Below, piece by piece: positions 12,585 to 23,416 of a stretch of 64,000 nucleotides of DNA. Position 1 is the first letter of the stretch. Each line of letters opens with the position of its first letter. The DNA comes from Mustelus asterias (taxonomy: Eukaryota). The stretch lies in assembly GCF_964213995.1 (NCBI RefSeq), contig NW_027590123.1, forward strand, positions 1,550,001-1,614,000. Reading direction: 5' to 3'. The notes under the pieces are model-generated. The model was not told the DNA's origin and searched no databases. It saw only the letters and a program-made list of their open reading frames with translations. The position numbers and the translations under genes are program-made.

Positions 12585-12880
12585 GTACCAGGTTCGAATC
12601 CCGTTACGGCAGCTGCTGGAATTTGAATTCAGTAAAAAATACCTGGAATCAAAAATCTACTGTTGACCATAAAACCATTCTCCATTGTCGGAAAAACCCA
12701 TCTGGTTCACTAACGTCGTTTAGGGAAGGAAACCTGCCATCTTACCTGGTCTGGCCTACATGTGGTCCCAGAGCCACAGCAATGTGTTTAACTCTCAACT
12801 GCTCTCCAAGGTCAACTAGGGACAGGCAGTAAATGCTGGTCAGCCAGGGACACCCATGTCCTTCGAATGATTGAACAAAC
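12585..12880 (+). mobile_element. SINE of a second family (tRNA B-box head)
   Basis: GGTTCGAATCCC B-box; body AAAACCCATCTGGTTCACTAA...GGGAAGGAAA..TGCC; LINE-like 3' end. Confidence 0.6.
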
Positions 12881-12989
12881 AGGTTTGTGACACTTGCTCC
12901 CTGTGCGGACGGGGGCTATAAGGAGGCTGAGCAACTGAACAATAGCACGGGGGTTCAGGGAGCCATTCAAGAGGGAGGATAAAAGGGAA

Positions 12990-13180
12990 ATATAGTGATA
13001 AATGGGGATAGTTCGTCAGGGGAATAGACACCTTTCTCTGTGGCCAGGATTGGCAAGTCGAATTAAGGAAAACTCGAAGGCTGTGTTGCCTGACTGGTGC
13101 TCCGGTTCGGGACATTTCATCTGGGCTGCTGGGAAGCATGGAGCTGGAGGGGATAGATTCAGTTGCTGTTGTCCACGTTT
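12990..13180 (+). mobile_element. CR1 ORF1 SGNH-esterase remnant
   Basis: Frameshifted GDS.VRGIDT.LCGQD...LCCL.GA.VRDIS..L...VAVVHV. Confidence 0.6.
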
Positions 13181-13929
13181 TTGAATTTACTGCAGATTAA
13201 ATCTGAAATTGGAGTCACAATTATAGGACCTGAATGTGTATTTCCAGAGATGAAGAGTGTAACTATATCCCAGGAGAGAGTGGAACAGCCCGGAGAGAAA
13301 CTCTAACATTTGAAATTGAATAATTGAAAGGTCACAGACAGGTGAAGGATAACGCTGAGGCAACATGGGATCTTGAGAGTTGTGGTTTAGATGACAATAC
13401 CTTTGGTGGGTAACATGGCCTCCAATATTACAAATTAATTAATGTGATCAGCATTGTCCATTCTTTGAAGGTCAGCAATTCAATCTCAGAAATAAATATA
13501 TTCCACAACCTCAATCAATGTCGTCACGTGTTTGTTAATTTGAAGAAAATCGAAGATGAGCGATTTTGCAATGTCAGTATCCCAGAGGGGATACCACAGG
13601 GTACATATGAATGTCTTTGGGAATGTATCATCACGGAGTTAACACAGAGATCACCTGCAGAGCGAAGGGACACATTACTTCACGCTGAAAATGTATCAGG
13701 AATTTCAAATGGTGAAGAAAATATACCACCTGATCCATGGAGGTATTGGCGTTCCTGGTAAGTGAACATTATCATTGTAGTTGTCTAAATCTGCGTGTGA
13801 GCTGCTCTATGCTGTTACTCTGTGACTGATCTACATGTCAGCATTTTACAGGCACATGATCAGTGATAAGATACACTGATCCCAGTGAACCTATCGTCAG
13901 CACAGCGGAAGTTGGAGCTGGAGGATTTA

Positions 13930-16165
13930 TCAATGATTTCATAACTCAGCACTTGGAAGGCAGTAGGAAAATCAGAAAAAGTCAGCATGGATTTACAGAG
14001 GGAAAATCTTGTTTGAAGAATCCATTGGAATTTATTGGAGGAGTGAATTGGAAGGAGGTATTCTCGGAGAAATCTACTGAAGAGAGGTGGCAGCTTTTCA
14101 TGGAATGTCTGTCTAGGGTTCTACAGGACAATGTTCCGAGCAGACAGTGAGGAGTTGGTAGGTTAAAGGAACCGTGGTGCACGAAAGCTGTGTGGGACCT
14201 AGTCGAAAAGAAAAGGAAAGCGTACAAAAGGCTCAGAGAGTTTGGCGAAGATAGTGATCTCGATGAGTATGCGGCTTGGAGGAAGGGACTAAGGAAGGAA
14301 ATTAGGAGAGCCAGAAGGGGTCACGAGAAGGCCTTGGCAAGTAGAATTCAGGAAAACCCTCAGGCGTTCTATAAATATGTGAAAAGTAAAAGGGGAGACG
14401 TGAAGGAATAGGGCCTATAAAAGGTGAAGGCGGGAAAATCAGTACGGAACCAGTAGAAATGGCAGAGGTGCTTAATGAGTATTTTGCCTCGGTTTTCACA
14501 GGGGAGAAGGACATGGGTGGATGTACTGTGGGCTTGCAGTGGACTGAAAAGATTGAGTATATGGACTTTAACAAAGTGGTTGTGCTGGAATCTTTGAATG
14601 GCTTCAAGATAGATAAGTCGCCGGGTCCGGATGGGATGTACCACAGGTTACTGTGGGAGGCGAGGGAAGAGATTGCAGAGCCTCTGGCGATGATCTTTGT
14701 GTCGTCGATGGAGACGGGAGAGGTGCCGGAGGATTGGAGGATTGCGGATGTGGTTCCTACTTTCAAGAAGGGGAATAGGGATAGCCCAGGAAATTACCGA
14801 CCAGTGAGTCTAACCTCAGTGGTTCGTAAGCTGATGGAGAAGATCCGGAGGGACAAGATTTATGAGCATTTAGAGAGGTTTAGTATGCTCAAGAATACTC
14901 AGCATGGCTTTGTCACAGGCAGAACGTGCCTTACGAGCCTGGTTGAGTTCTTCGAAAATGTGACTGAACACATTGACGAAGGAAAAGAGGTAGATGTGGT
15001 TTATATGGATTTTAGCAAGGCTTTCGATAAGGTCCTCCATGCAAGGCTTCTCGAAAAAGTGAGAGGGCATGGGATCCAAGGGGCTGCTGCCCTGTGGATC
15101 CAGAACTGGCTTGCCCAAAGGAGGCAGAGAGTGTGTATAGATGGGTCATTTTCTAAATGGAGGTCGGTCACCAGTGGTGTGCCCCAGGAATCTGTTCTGG
15201 GACCCTTGCTGTTTGTCAATTTCATAAATGACCTGGATGAGGAAGTGGAGGGATGGTTTGGTAAGTTTGCCGACGACACGATGGTTGGTGGGGTTGTGGA
15301 TAGTCTGGAGGGATGTCAGAAGTGACAGAGGGACATAGATAGGATGCAAGACTGGGCAGAGAAGTGGCAGATGGACTTCAACCCAGATAATTGCGTAGTG
15401 GTCCATTGTGGCAGGACAAATGGGATGAAGGAGTGCAATCTAAAGGGACAGACTCTTCGTACGGTAGATGATCAGAAGGACATTGGGGTCCGGGTCCATA
15501 GGACTCTAAAATCGGCCCCGCAGGTGAAGGAGGTGGTTCAGAAGGCGTATGGTGTGCTGGCCTTTATCAATCGAGGGATTGAGTTTAGGAGTCCGGGCAA
15601 AATGATGCAGCTATAGAAGGCCCTCATCAGACCCCACTTGGAGTACTGTGCTCAGTTCTAGTCGCCTCATTACAGGAAGGATTTGGAAAAGATTGAAGGG
15701 GTGCAGAGCCGATTTACAAGGATGTTGCCTAAATTGAGTGGCATGCTTATGAGGACAGGTTGAGCGAGCTCAGTCTTTTCTCCTTGGAGAGACGTAGGAT
15801 GAGCAGAGACCTCATAGAGGTATATCAGATGTTGAGAGGCATAGATCGGGTGGACTCTCAGAAGCTTTTTCCCAGGGTGGAAATGGCTGCTACGAGAGGA
15901 CACCAGTTTAAGGTGCTGTGGGGTAGGTACAGGGGAAATGTTCGGGGGAAGTTTTTCACACAGAGGGTGGTGGGCGAGTGGAATCGGCTGCCGTCAGTGG
16001 TGGTGGAGGCAAACTCAACAGCGTATTTCAAGAGACTCCTGGATGAGAACATGGGACTTAATAGAATGGAGGGTTATAGGTAGGCCTAAAAGGTAGGGAT
16101 ATGTTCTGCACAACTTGTGGGGCCGAAGGGCCTGTTTTGTGCTGTAGTTTTCTGTGTTCTATGTC
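13930..16165 (+). mobile_element. CR1 LINE ORF2 (disrupted)
   Basis: ORFs 14459..15325, 15344..15616, 15760..16083 with RT motifs SGVPQESVLGP and FADDT; TGTTCTA tail. Confidence 0.92.
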
Positions 16166-16607
16166 CCATGTTCTACAACAGAAAATGTTTGCAATTAATT
16201 CATTTGAATTCCAAAGTGTCTAAACTGTATTTAGCAAAGATCTGAAGCAATATTTCATAAACTATTACAATGAATTTTAACAGAAGACCAGTATTGTGAA
16301 AGCACGAGTGGAAAATATCAATATCAGTGGGGCTGCCCTGGGATTACTTCATGGACAGTGATGGGAACGTGTTTTATACCGAAGGTATACGTCCCTGTTA
16401 TCATCCCGTTTGAATTGGCAGTGCAGCAAGACTATGTACTTTACCCAGTGCTGTCCCTCTCTTGGAAAGGTCAAATGAAAGCGCAATATATTGTAATCCA
16501 ATGGCAAATTCAAAATCCTGGTTCAGAATGTGGTTCGAAACAGAGTAAACGCGCTTTGCAGTGAACTATTCAATGGGACACTGAAGAGTGAGCTTTGCTC
16601 TGTATGC

Positions 16608-17730
16608 ATAGAACCATAGAACATTACAGCACTGAAACAGGCCTTTTGGCCATTCTTGGCTGTGCCGAAGCATTTTTCTGCCTAGTCCCACTGACCTGCA
16701 CCTGGACCATATCTCTCCACACCCCTCTCATCCATGTACATGTCCAAGTTTTTCTTAAAAAGTTAAAATTGAGCCCGCATTTACCACCTCATCTGGCAGC
16801 TCATTCCACACTCCCACCACTCTCTGTGAGAAGAAGCCCCCCTAATATTCCCTTTAAACTTTTCCCCCTTCACCCTTAACCCATGTCCTCTAGTTTTTTT
16901 CTTCCCTCGCCTCAGTGGAAAAAGCCTGCTTGCATCCACTCTATCGATATCATCATCATTTTATACACCTCTGTCAAATCTCCCCTCATTCTTCGACACC
17001 CCAGGTCATAAAGTCCTAACCTATTCAACCTTTCTCTGTAACTCAGTTCTTCAAGTCCCGGCAACATCCTTGTAAACCTTCTCTGCACTGTTTCAACCTT
17101 ATTAATATCCTTCCTGTAATTAGGTGACCAAAACTGCACACAATACTCCAAATTCGGCCTCACCAATGTCTTATACAACCTCACCATAACATTCCACTCC
17201 TATACTCAATACTTTGATTTATAAAGGCCAACGTACCAAAAACACTCTTTGCGACCCAATCTACCTGTGACGCCACTTTAAGGAAATTATGTATCTGTTT
17301 TCCAAGATCCCTCTGTTCTACTGCACTCTTCAGTGTCCTACCATTTACCTTGTATGTTCTACCTTGCTTTGTCCTTCCAAAGTGCAATACCTCACACTTG
17401 TCTGCATTAATCTCCATCTGTCATTTTTCAGCACATTTTTCTAGCTGGTCCAAATCCCTCTGCAAGCTTTGAAAACCTTCCTCACTGTCCACTTCACGTC
17501 CAAACTTTGTATCATCGGCAAATTTTCTGCTCCAATTTACCACATTGTCATCCAGATCATTGATGTAGGTGACAAACAACAATGGACCCAGCACTGATCA
17601 CTGTGGCACACCACTAGTCACAGGCCTCCACTCAGACAAGCAATGCTCCACCACCACTGTCTGGTTTCTTCCATTGAGCCAACGTCTAATCCAATATATT
17701 ACCTCTCCATGTATACCTAGCGACTGAACC
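16608..17730 (-). mobile_element. CR1 LINE 3' part, ending exactly at the ERV LTR
   Basis: ORFs 16912..17187 and 17181..17417 (RPNLEYCVQFWSP). Confidence 0.88.
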
Positions 17731-18213
17731 TGATAATCTCAATTTACACTCTATCCAGCTTGGTTCGACAACAAATCGATTCAACTCCAGATGTTTAATT
17801 AACCTCTTTATTTCATTTAGTTCATTATGTCGGGTCAGTCTTCCGTAATGATGCAGGCTAACAAAGCCTACCAGCTATAGCCCCAATATACTCGTTACCA
17901 ATCAAAGGATAATAATACTTCGTGCACTCCTCGTGCTGACCTTCACTGGCCAGTCACATTCTGTGCACGTATGCTGCAACACAGAACATTTGTGTGATAA
18001 CAAGTGATCGCAGCTGCATTCCGCTTATCTTAGCAGGCAGTTTTCTGCAGAAGAAGGCCATACCATCACATGACCTCACCCAACCGCCAGGAGGCAGGCA
18101 ATGGTTTATACTCACTTATACTATAATACTGTAAGCATTAGATTATTAATAGTTTCTACAATCAAGGAAGACATCACGATCCAAGTATCACTACACATAT
18201 ATCCACATCCACA
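17731..18213 (-). repeat. ERV 3' LTR (483 bp)
   Basis: TGATAATCTC...ATCCACA; AATAAA on - strand at ~17807; PPT-like AAAACGGAGGAA adjacent at 18214-18225. Confidence 0.9.
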
Positions 18214-18273
18214 TTCCTCCGTTTTATTACTCTGTGATAACCATTGACATTGTCGTGGCTTGTTCAATTCAGG

Positions 18274-19642
18274 TTACAATTGTATTTTCATCAAGTCCAA
18301 TATTACTTTATCTCTCTCATCCTCCGCATACAATTCTGCCTCCACTTCTCGCCGGGTTTCCTCCAGCACCTTGCCGTCCAGTATGGGTTTGTATTCCTTG
18401 TCCTCTTCCTCCTCACTCATGGAGAACATCATCGGTTGAGTCGTTCGTGACCCTATCGATTCCAAGCTGGTCATCACCCATGTGATGAGACCCTTTACAA
18501 TGCCAATTCCAGTACTTATACACAGAGCCAAGAATATGGCATGTAACCCCACTTTCCTGAACCAACCAAGCCATCCTGACAGTTCCCATTCCCCTAATCC
18601 CTTGCCCTCTCTAATAGACCCTAGTTGCTGGTCAATTTTGTTCAGATAATTAGTGAGAATAGTAGTGACCGCATCTCGTCCCAGTATGCAGTGATCCTTC
18701 ATTATGGCACACAGGCCTCCTTGTCGAGCCAGCACGTAATCCAAGGCATATCTATTCTGCTGGGCATACAGACTGAGTTTCTCTAGTTGGGCGGTAATGA
18801 CCCGGAGGACCCCTTTTGTAGCGTTCCGCAAGGTGGTAAGGCCGCAAGCAATGTAATTACGATTATCTGCAGCCATTCGCCCTGGGACGGCTCCAAAGGA
18901 AAAGGAACCCGCCGCTCCATAGCCAGCAGCCTGACCAGGAGTGAGGGCAGTTATTTTCTTGTCGGCAGCGCAAAAACCCCCCGATAACTCCCGCTCTGGA
19001 CTTCTATGGTGATGACGTGAGGGCCCCCAATGGCTCGGACAAGAAACCATGCTGGGAAGTATGGCCCCTATTGCCACTGCCTGGGGGTAAGGGTAGGACA
19101 AATAATTGGTGGCCGTACCATTGAAAAAGAAGAAATACCCTGTTTCAGTGTACATGGTCTCTGAACACTTTTGCGATGTCCTGTCGGCTCGAACCCGGTA
19201 ATAGGTATTATCGGTTTCCAAAATTCTGGGATCCGGAACCTGTACATGCTGGTGCCGACCCTCTTCCTTCTGCATTAATCAGTACTATCGAAAAGTTCCT
19301 CCTGTAAGCATGAAGGTGGGTGCCATTCATATGGCCACAAATTAGATGTTCCCCTTTGTCCAATTCTCTACAGGTAGAATGCAAACACTTGCAGATTACC
19401 TCATTTCTCTGAGCTTCGTACCACATTTATGCTGATGGCAATGCTTACTCAGGCAGGGGTGATCCTGGCACACCTAAACTGTGGAGCATCCACAACCCCT
19501 CCCTTCTTACAACACAGAAAACCAAGCTGATGAGCCCCAAGAGTATTTTTGCCGATTGCATGCTGGTTTGTCCACACTTGATCACCAGCTGGAGGGGACA
19601 AAAACATAACGACAAGCACAACAACCACAGAGTAAAGAACAT
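18274..19642 (-). pseudogene. env: ERV env (gamma-type TM); 5' part has stops and a frameshift, 3' part open 18274..19275
   Basis: ISD QQNRYALDYVLARQGGLC-x6-C, TM helix GLHAIFLALCISTGIGIV, hydrophobic leader near 19642. Confidence 0.85.
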
Positions 19643-19733
19643 GTCACCCAGTACCGCCTCTCATACTAATCACCCGTAAGATCCTCGTCCCTGCCATCCT
19701 CAATTCCCCCCTTTTTGGGATCGGCTTGCCCGA

Positions 19734-20650
19734 TCAATTTACAGTGGTGGAGGTGGACCCAAGCATCGCGTCCCGCCACCTGAGCCGGTGTAGGGGTGGT
19801 TCACAAGACTTGGAGGGGCCCTCCCACCGTGGCTCCAAATGCTTGCGAGTCCAATTTTTGATGAGGACAAATGAGCCCGGTTTTACATTAGTGGGATTGG
19901 ATAAGGTAGGTGATTTACCGTAAGCAGGCCGGACTTGCGAGTGGACGTGGCGCAAGGAGTGAGTAAGAGAGAGGATATATGAGGTAATTTCATCCGTCAT
20001 ATGATGGAAATGAACGGGCGTCTTTGAGCCATCATTCCAACGGTTCCGCAGGGGTCGACCATACAAGACCTCCGCGGGCGAGAGATGGGGCCGTCCTGCA
20101 GGGTTAGTTCGTATTTGAAATAAAGCTACAGCGAGCAGTCTGTCCCAAGACAGACCTGAAGTTTCTACATGTTTAGCCAGCTTGGTTTTGAGCGTTTGAT
20201 TGGAGCGTTCAACTACACCAGAAGCCTGGGGATGGTGAGCACAATGGAGTCGTTGGCGAATATTCAGCTGGGCGCACAGCTCCTTATTGACCGATGCAAT
20301 AAAATGTGGGCCATTGTCAGAACTCAGGCAGGTCGGGACGACAAATCGAGGCACAATTTCGCGCAGTAAAATCCTGACGACAGTTGTTGCTTTCTTATCC
20401 GATGTACGATACGCTTCAATCCACTTACTCAAGACATCCACGATTACTAAGACATATTTATACCCCTGACATCTCTGCAACTTCATGAAGTCCATCTGCA
20501 GGGTCTCGAAGGGGCCTGCCGGCAGGGGAGTCTTACCCAGATCACAGGGCGCACTCTTGCCCGGATTATGCTGTTGGCATATCAAACAGCGGAGGCTTAG
20601 ACTTTGTGCAATGTCTTGTGGGCGAGGATGCCACCAGGAAGTGAGGAGTC
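19734..20650 (-). pseudogene. pol: ERV integrase (frameshifted)
   Basis: CxxC, GPFETLQMDF, YVLVIVD, SSDNGPHF, PQASGVVERSN, PRWEGP. Confidence 0.9.
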
Positions 20651-21643
20651 AATCCCTAAGAGACCTTGCACCACAGTGAGTTGCAAAGTGTACACAATCA
20701 ATTACCCAGAGAGCCAAAGTATCAGACATACAGGTTTGGTTAGCAGGGGTGATCCAGACTCCGGATTCTGGGTCCACCCTACAGCCCAATGCATTCCATA
20801 AATCTTTATCACGAGGCAAGGCTTCCTGGTGCAATCTGAGAACATAGATGGTTGGCATAGGTTTCTCAGAGGCAGGGCCATCCGCGTCCGGGCTTTTCCC
20901 CCGCCTCATCATTCGGGGCACAATCATCTGACAAGTTTTAGAAACCAATTTGGCCGCCTCATCTGCCCTATGATTACCTAAAGTGACAGGGTCTTTACCA
21001 GCGGTATGGGCGGCGCACTTAATCACTGCAATGCGTTCAGGCAGAAGAAGGGCCTGTAGTAAGTCAGACACCAGTTGTTTGTGTGAAATAGGGGCGCCGG
21101 ATGATGTAAGGAATCCTCTATTCCTCCATAGTTGTCCAAAGTCATGGACAACTCCAAAGGCATATTGGGAGATCGTGTAAATGTTAACATTCAAACTCCG
21201 ACCCAGAACACAAGCTCTGATGAGGGCAAACAGTTCGGCTTGCTGAGCTGAGAAAGGGGTCTCAAAAGCTGCTGACTCCAAAATAACCCCCTGGTCATTC
21301 ACAATAGTGTACCCTGAGAGCCGATGGCCTCTCTCATCAATGGAGGCACTGCCATCGGTGAACATAATGAGGTCGGGGTTCGTCAGGGGAATATCAGAGA
21401 GATCGGGGTGCACAGTGGTATCTTCCCTAAGAAGGACGGAGCAGTCATGTGGAGGGGAATCAGCAACCTGGGGTGGGGGGGGGTGGGGCGCGTGGGTCAG
21501 GAAATTAGCTGGATTAATAACAGTGCAATGCTTAAAGGTAAGCTGAGGATTATTAAGCAAATAAATCTCATATCGGTTCTGTCTAGCCGCAGTCAGATGT
21601 TGAGTCTGTAACTGGCCTAACAGTGCTGCCACTATGTGAATGG
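20649..21643 (-). pseudogene. pol: ERV pol connection and RNase H domain
   Basis: INPANFL, MFTDGSA, SAQQAELFAL, YAFGVVHDFG, GNHRADEAAK. Confidence 0.9.
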
Positions 21644-22405
21644 TCAGTTTGTTGGGCGTTGGGCGTTGGGGCTGGGACAGTTGGGACTGAGACTGGTGAC
21701 CTTAATTACAATTGGGGTCTGCGAACCTAACATGCCAGGGAGAGGGGGGTACAGGGTCAAGTGTTGTCCCTGGTACAGGGGAGGCGCAGTTTTACCCTCA
21801 GGAGAAGGGGCAGTTGGACCAGGGATCTCTTCCCGTGTATCGGCGTCCGCAATAGATGCCGCCGGGGGTGGTTCAGCTAAGGGCTGCTCTTGAGGCGGGT
21901 GAGGCAGAAGAGGTGTAGTTGCCCGCGTCATCCAATGGTGTAAATCCTCACCTGTATCATTATCAGTGACCTTAATGCCATCCATCATGTTCTCTATCTC
22001 AGAAGCCTCACAATCCTTGAGAGAACGTTTCTTACGTAAGCATTCCCTTTTCAACACCTCAACCGGTTTCAGAGCCCCTCCCTCCATTAATTCTATTCCC
22101 AACTTAACAGCACTGTCCTGCCAACTGGTTAGGAGACTCTGCTCCTTTAACTCCAGACAACGTTGCAACCATAACCCTATAAGTTCCTTCGTCTTCCTCC
22201 CCGTATTCTTTCGCCAAATTTGTTGCTGCGCAGCTTTAACAAGTTGGATATTTTTGGTCCCTCCTGGGGGCCATTCGGATGTCCCTAATTTATGGGTCAA
22301 TGCCCCCGACAATTGTCTCAATTTGGTGGCTTTATCCGGATATTTCTCGCAAAGCATTTGTAAGGTTGAATTTGTCTGATTGGTTGTATCCAAGTAGTTC
22401 CCCAT
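21644..22405 (-). pseudogene. gag: ERV gag N-terminal part (MA and late-domain region); CA/NC/PR/RT deleted
   Basis: MG start at 22405, WPPGGT matrix motif, PTAP/PPLY/LYPPL motifs, joined directly to pol connection domain. Confidence 0.75.
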
Positions 22406-22816
22406 TTTAAAACAAACTGTTGTATTCACTCAATACCCCGGTAAATTCAATTCGTGCTCTAACAATTCTATCACCACCTCACCAGTTCCCTGGTGACCCT
22501 CGCCGATCAACGGCGACCCTCAGTGAATTACGGTTCTGCTCATTTATTCACTGACTACTTATTTTATACCTCACCGTTTTCACATTGACCCAATAACAAC
22601 CGACCTGGAGTTGCACAAGCTGATGAAATCACAGGCTATTCCGTCGGGGCGGCTGGCGACAACAAACGAAAGGTCAACAAACACCAGAATGACAGGGCAG
22701 AGGAAAACCAAGTGATTGTATCAACGGTACTCACGCACTTGGGTGGCCAATTCCTCAGTCCCGGACTCGGTGCTGCTCAGTCTAACGCCGTTTTCTGTCG
22801 TCTGCCGACCGTTGGA

Positions 22817-22834
22817 ATCCCACTTCTGACACCA
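22817..22834 (-). promoter_or_regulatory. Primer binding site complementary to tRNA-Leu(CAA) 3' end
   Basis: Minus strand TGGTGTCAGAAGTGGGAT, 2 nt from 5' LTR; plus strand ATCCCACTTCTGACACCA equals the Leu-CAA 3' terminus. Confidence 0.85.
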
Positions 22835-22836
22835 AA

Positions 22837-23416
22837 TGATAATCTCAATTTACACTCTATCCAGCTTGGTTCGACAACAAATCGATTCAACTCCAGATCT
22901 TTAATCAACCTCATTATTTCATTTTGTTCATTATGTTACGACATCGGGTCAGTCTTCCTTAATGATGCAGGCTAACAAAGCCTGCAGTCCTCAGGGGAGA
23001 CTGAACACACTTCTTTGTTTTGGTACAATGCAAATACTTTTTTTCTAACGCGTGCAAGCGACCCGATAGCCTACCAGCTATAGCCCCAATATACTCGTTA
23101 CCAATCAAAGGATAATAATCCTTCATGCACTCCTCGTGCTGACCTTCACTGGCCAGTCACATTCTGTGCACATATGCTGCCACACAGAACACTTGTGTGA
23201 TAACAAGTGATCGCAGCTGCATTCCGCTTATCTCAGCAGGCAGTTTTCTGCAGAACAAGGCTATACCATCACATGACCTCACCCAACCGCCAGGAGCCAG
23301 GCAATAGTTTATACTCACTTAGACTATAATACTGTAAGCATTAGATTATTAATAGTTTCTACAATCAAGGAAGACATCACTATCCAAGCATCACTACACC
23401 TATACCCACATCCACA
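22837..23416 (-). repeat. ERV 5' LTR (580 bp)
   Basis: Homologous to 17731-18213 with ~97 extra bp. Confidence 0.9.

Larger units (their letters stand above)
17731..23416 (-). mobile_element. Endogenous retrovirus (gamma/epsilon-like, class I), internally deleted provirus
   Basis: Two homologous TG..CA LTRs, PBS, PPT, gag/RNaseH/IN/env order on - strand. Confidence 0.93.

Noticed and set aside
18274-19275. Domesticated syncytin-like env gene
   Set aside because: Signal-peptide region is separated by stops and a frameshift, and the furin site is not canonical
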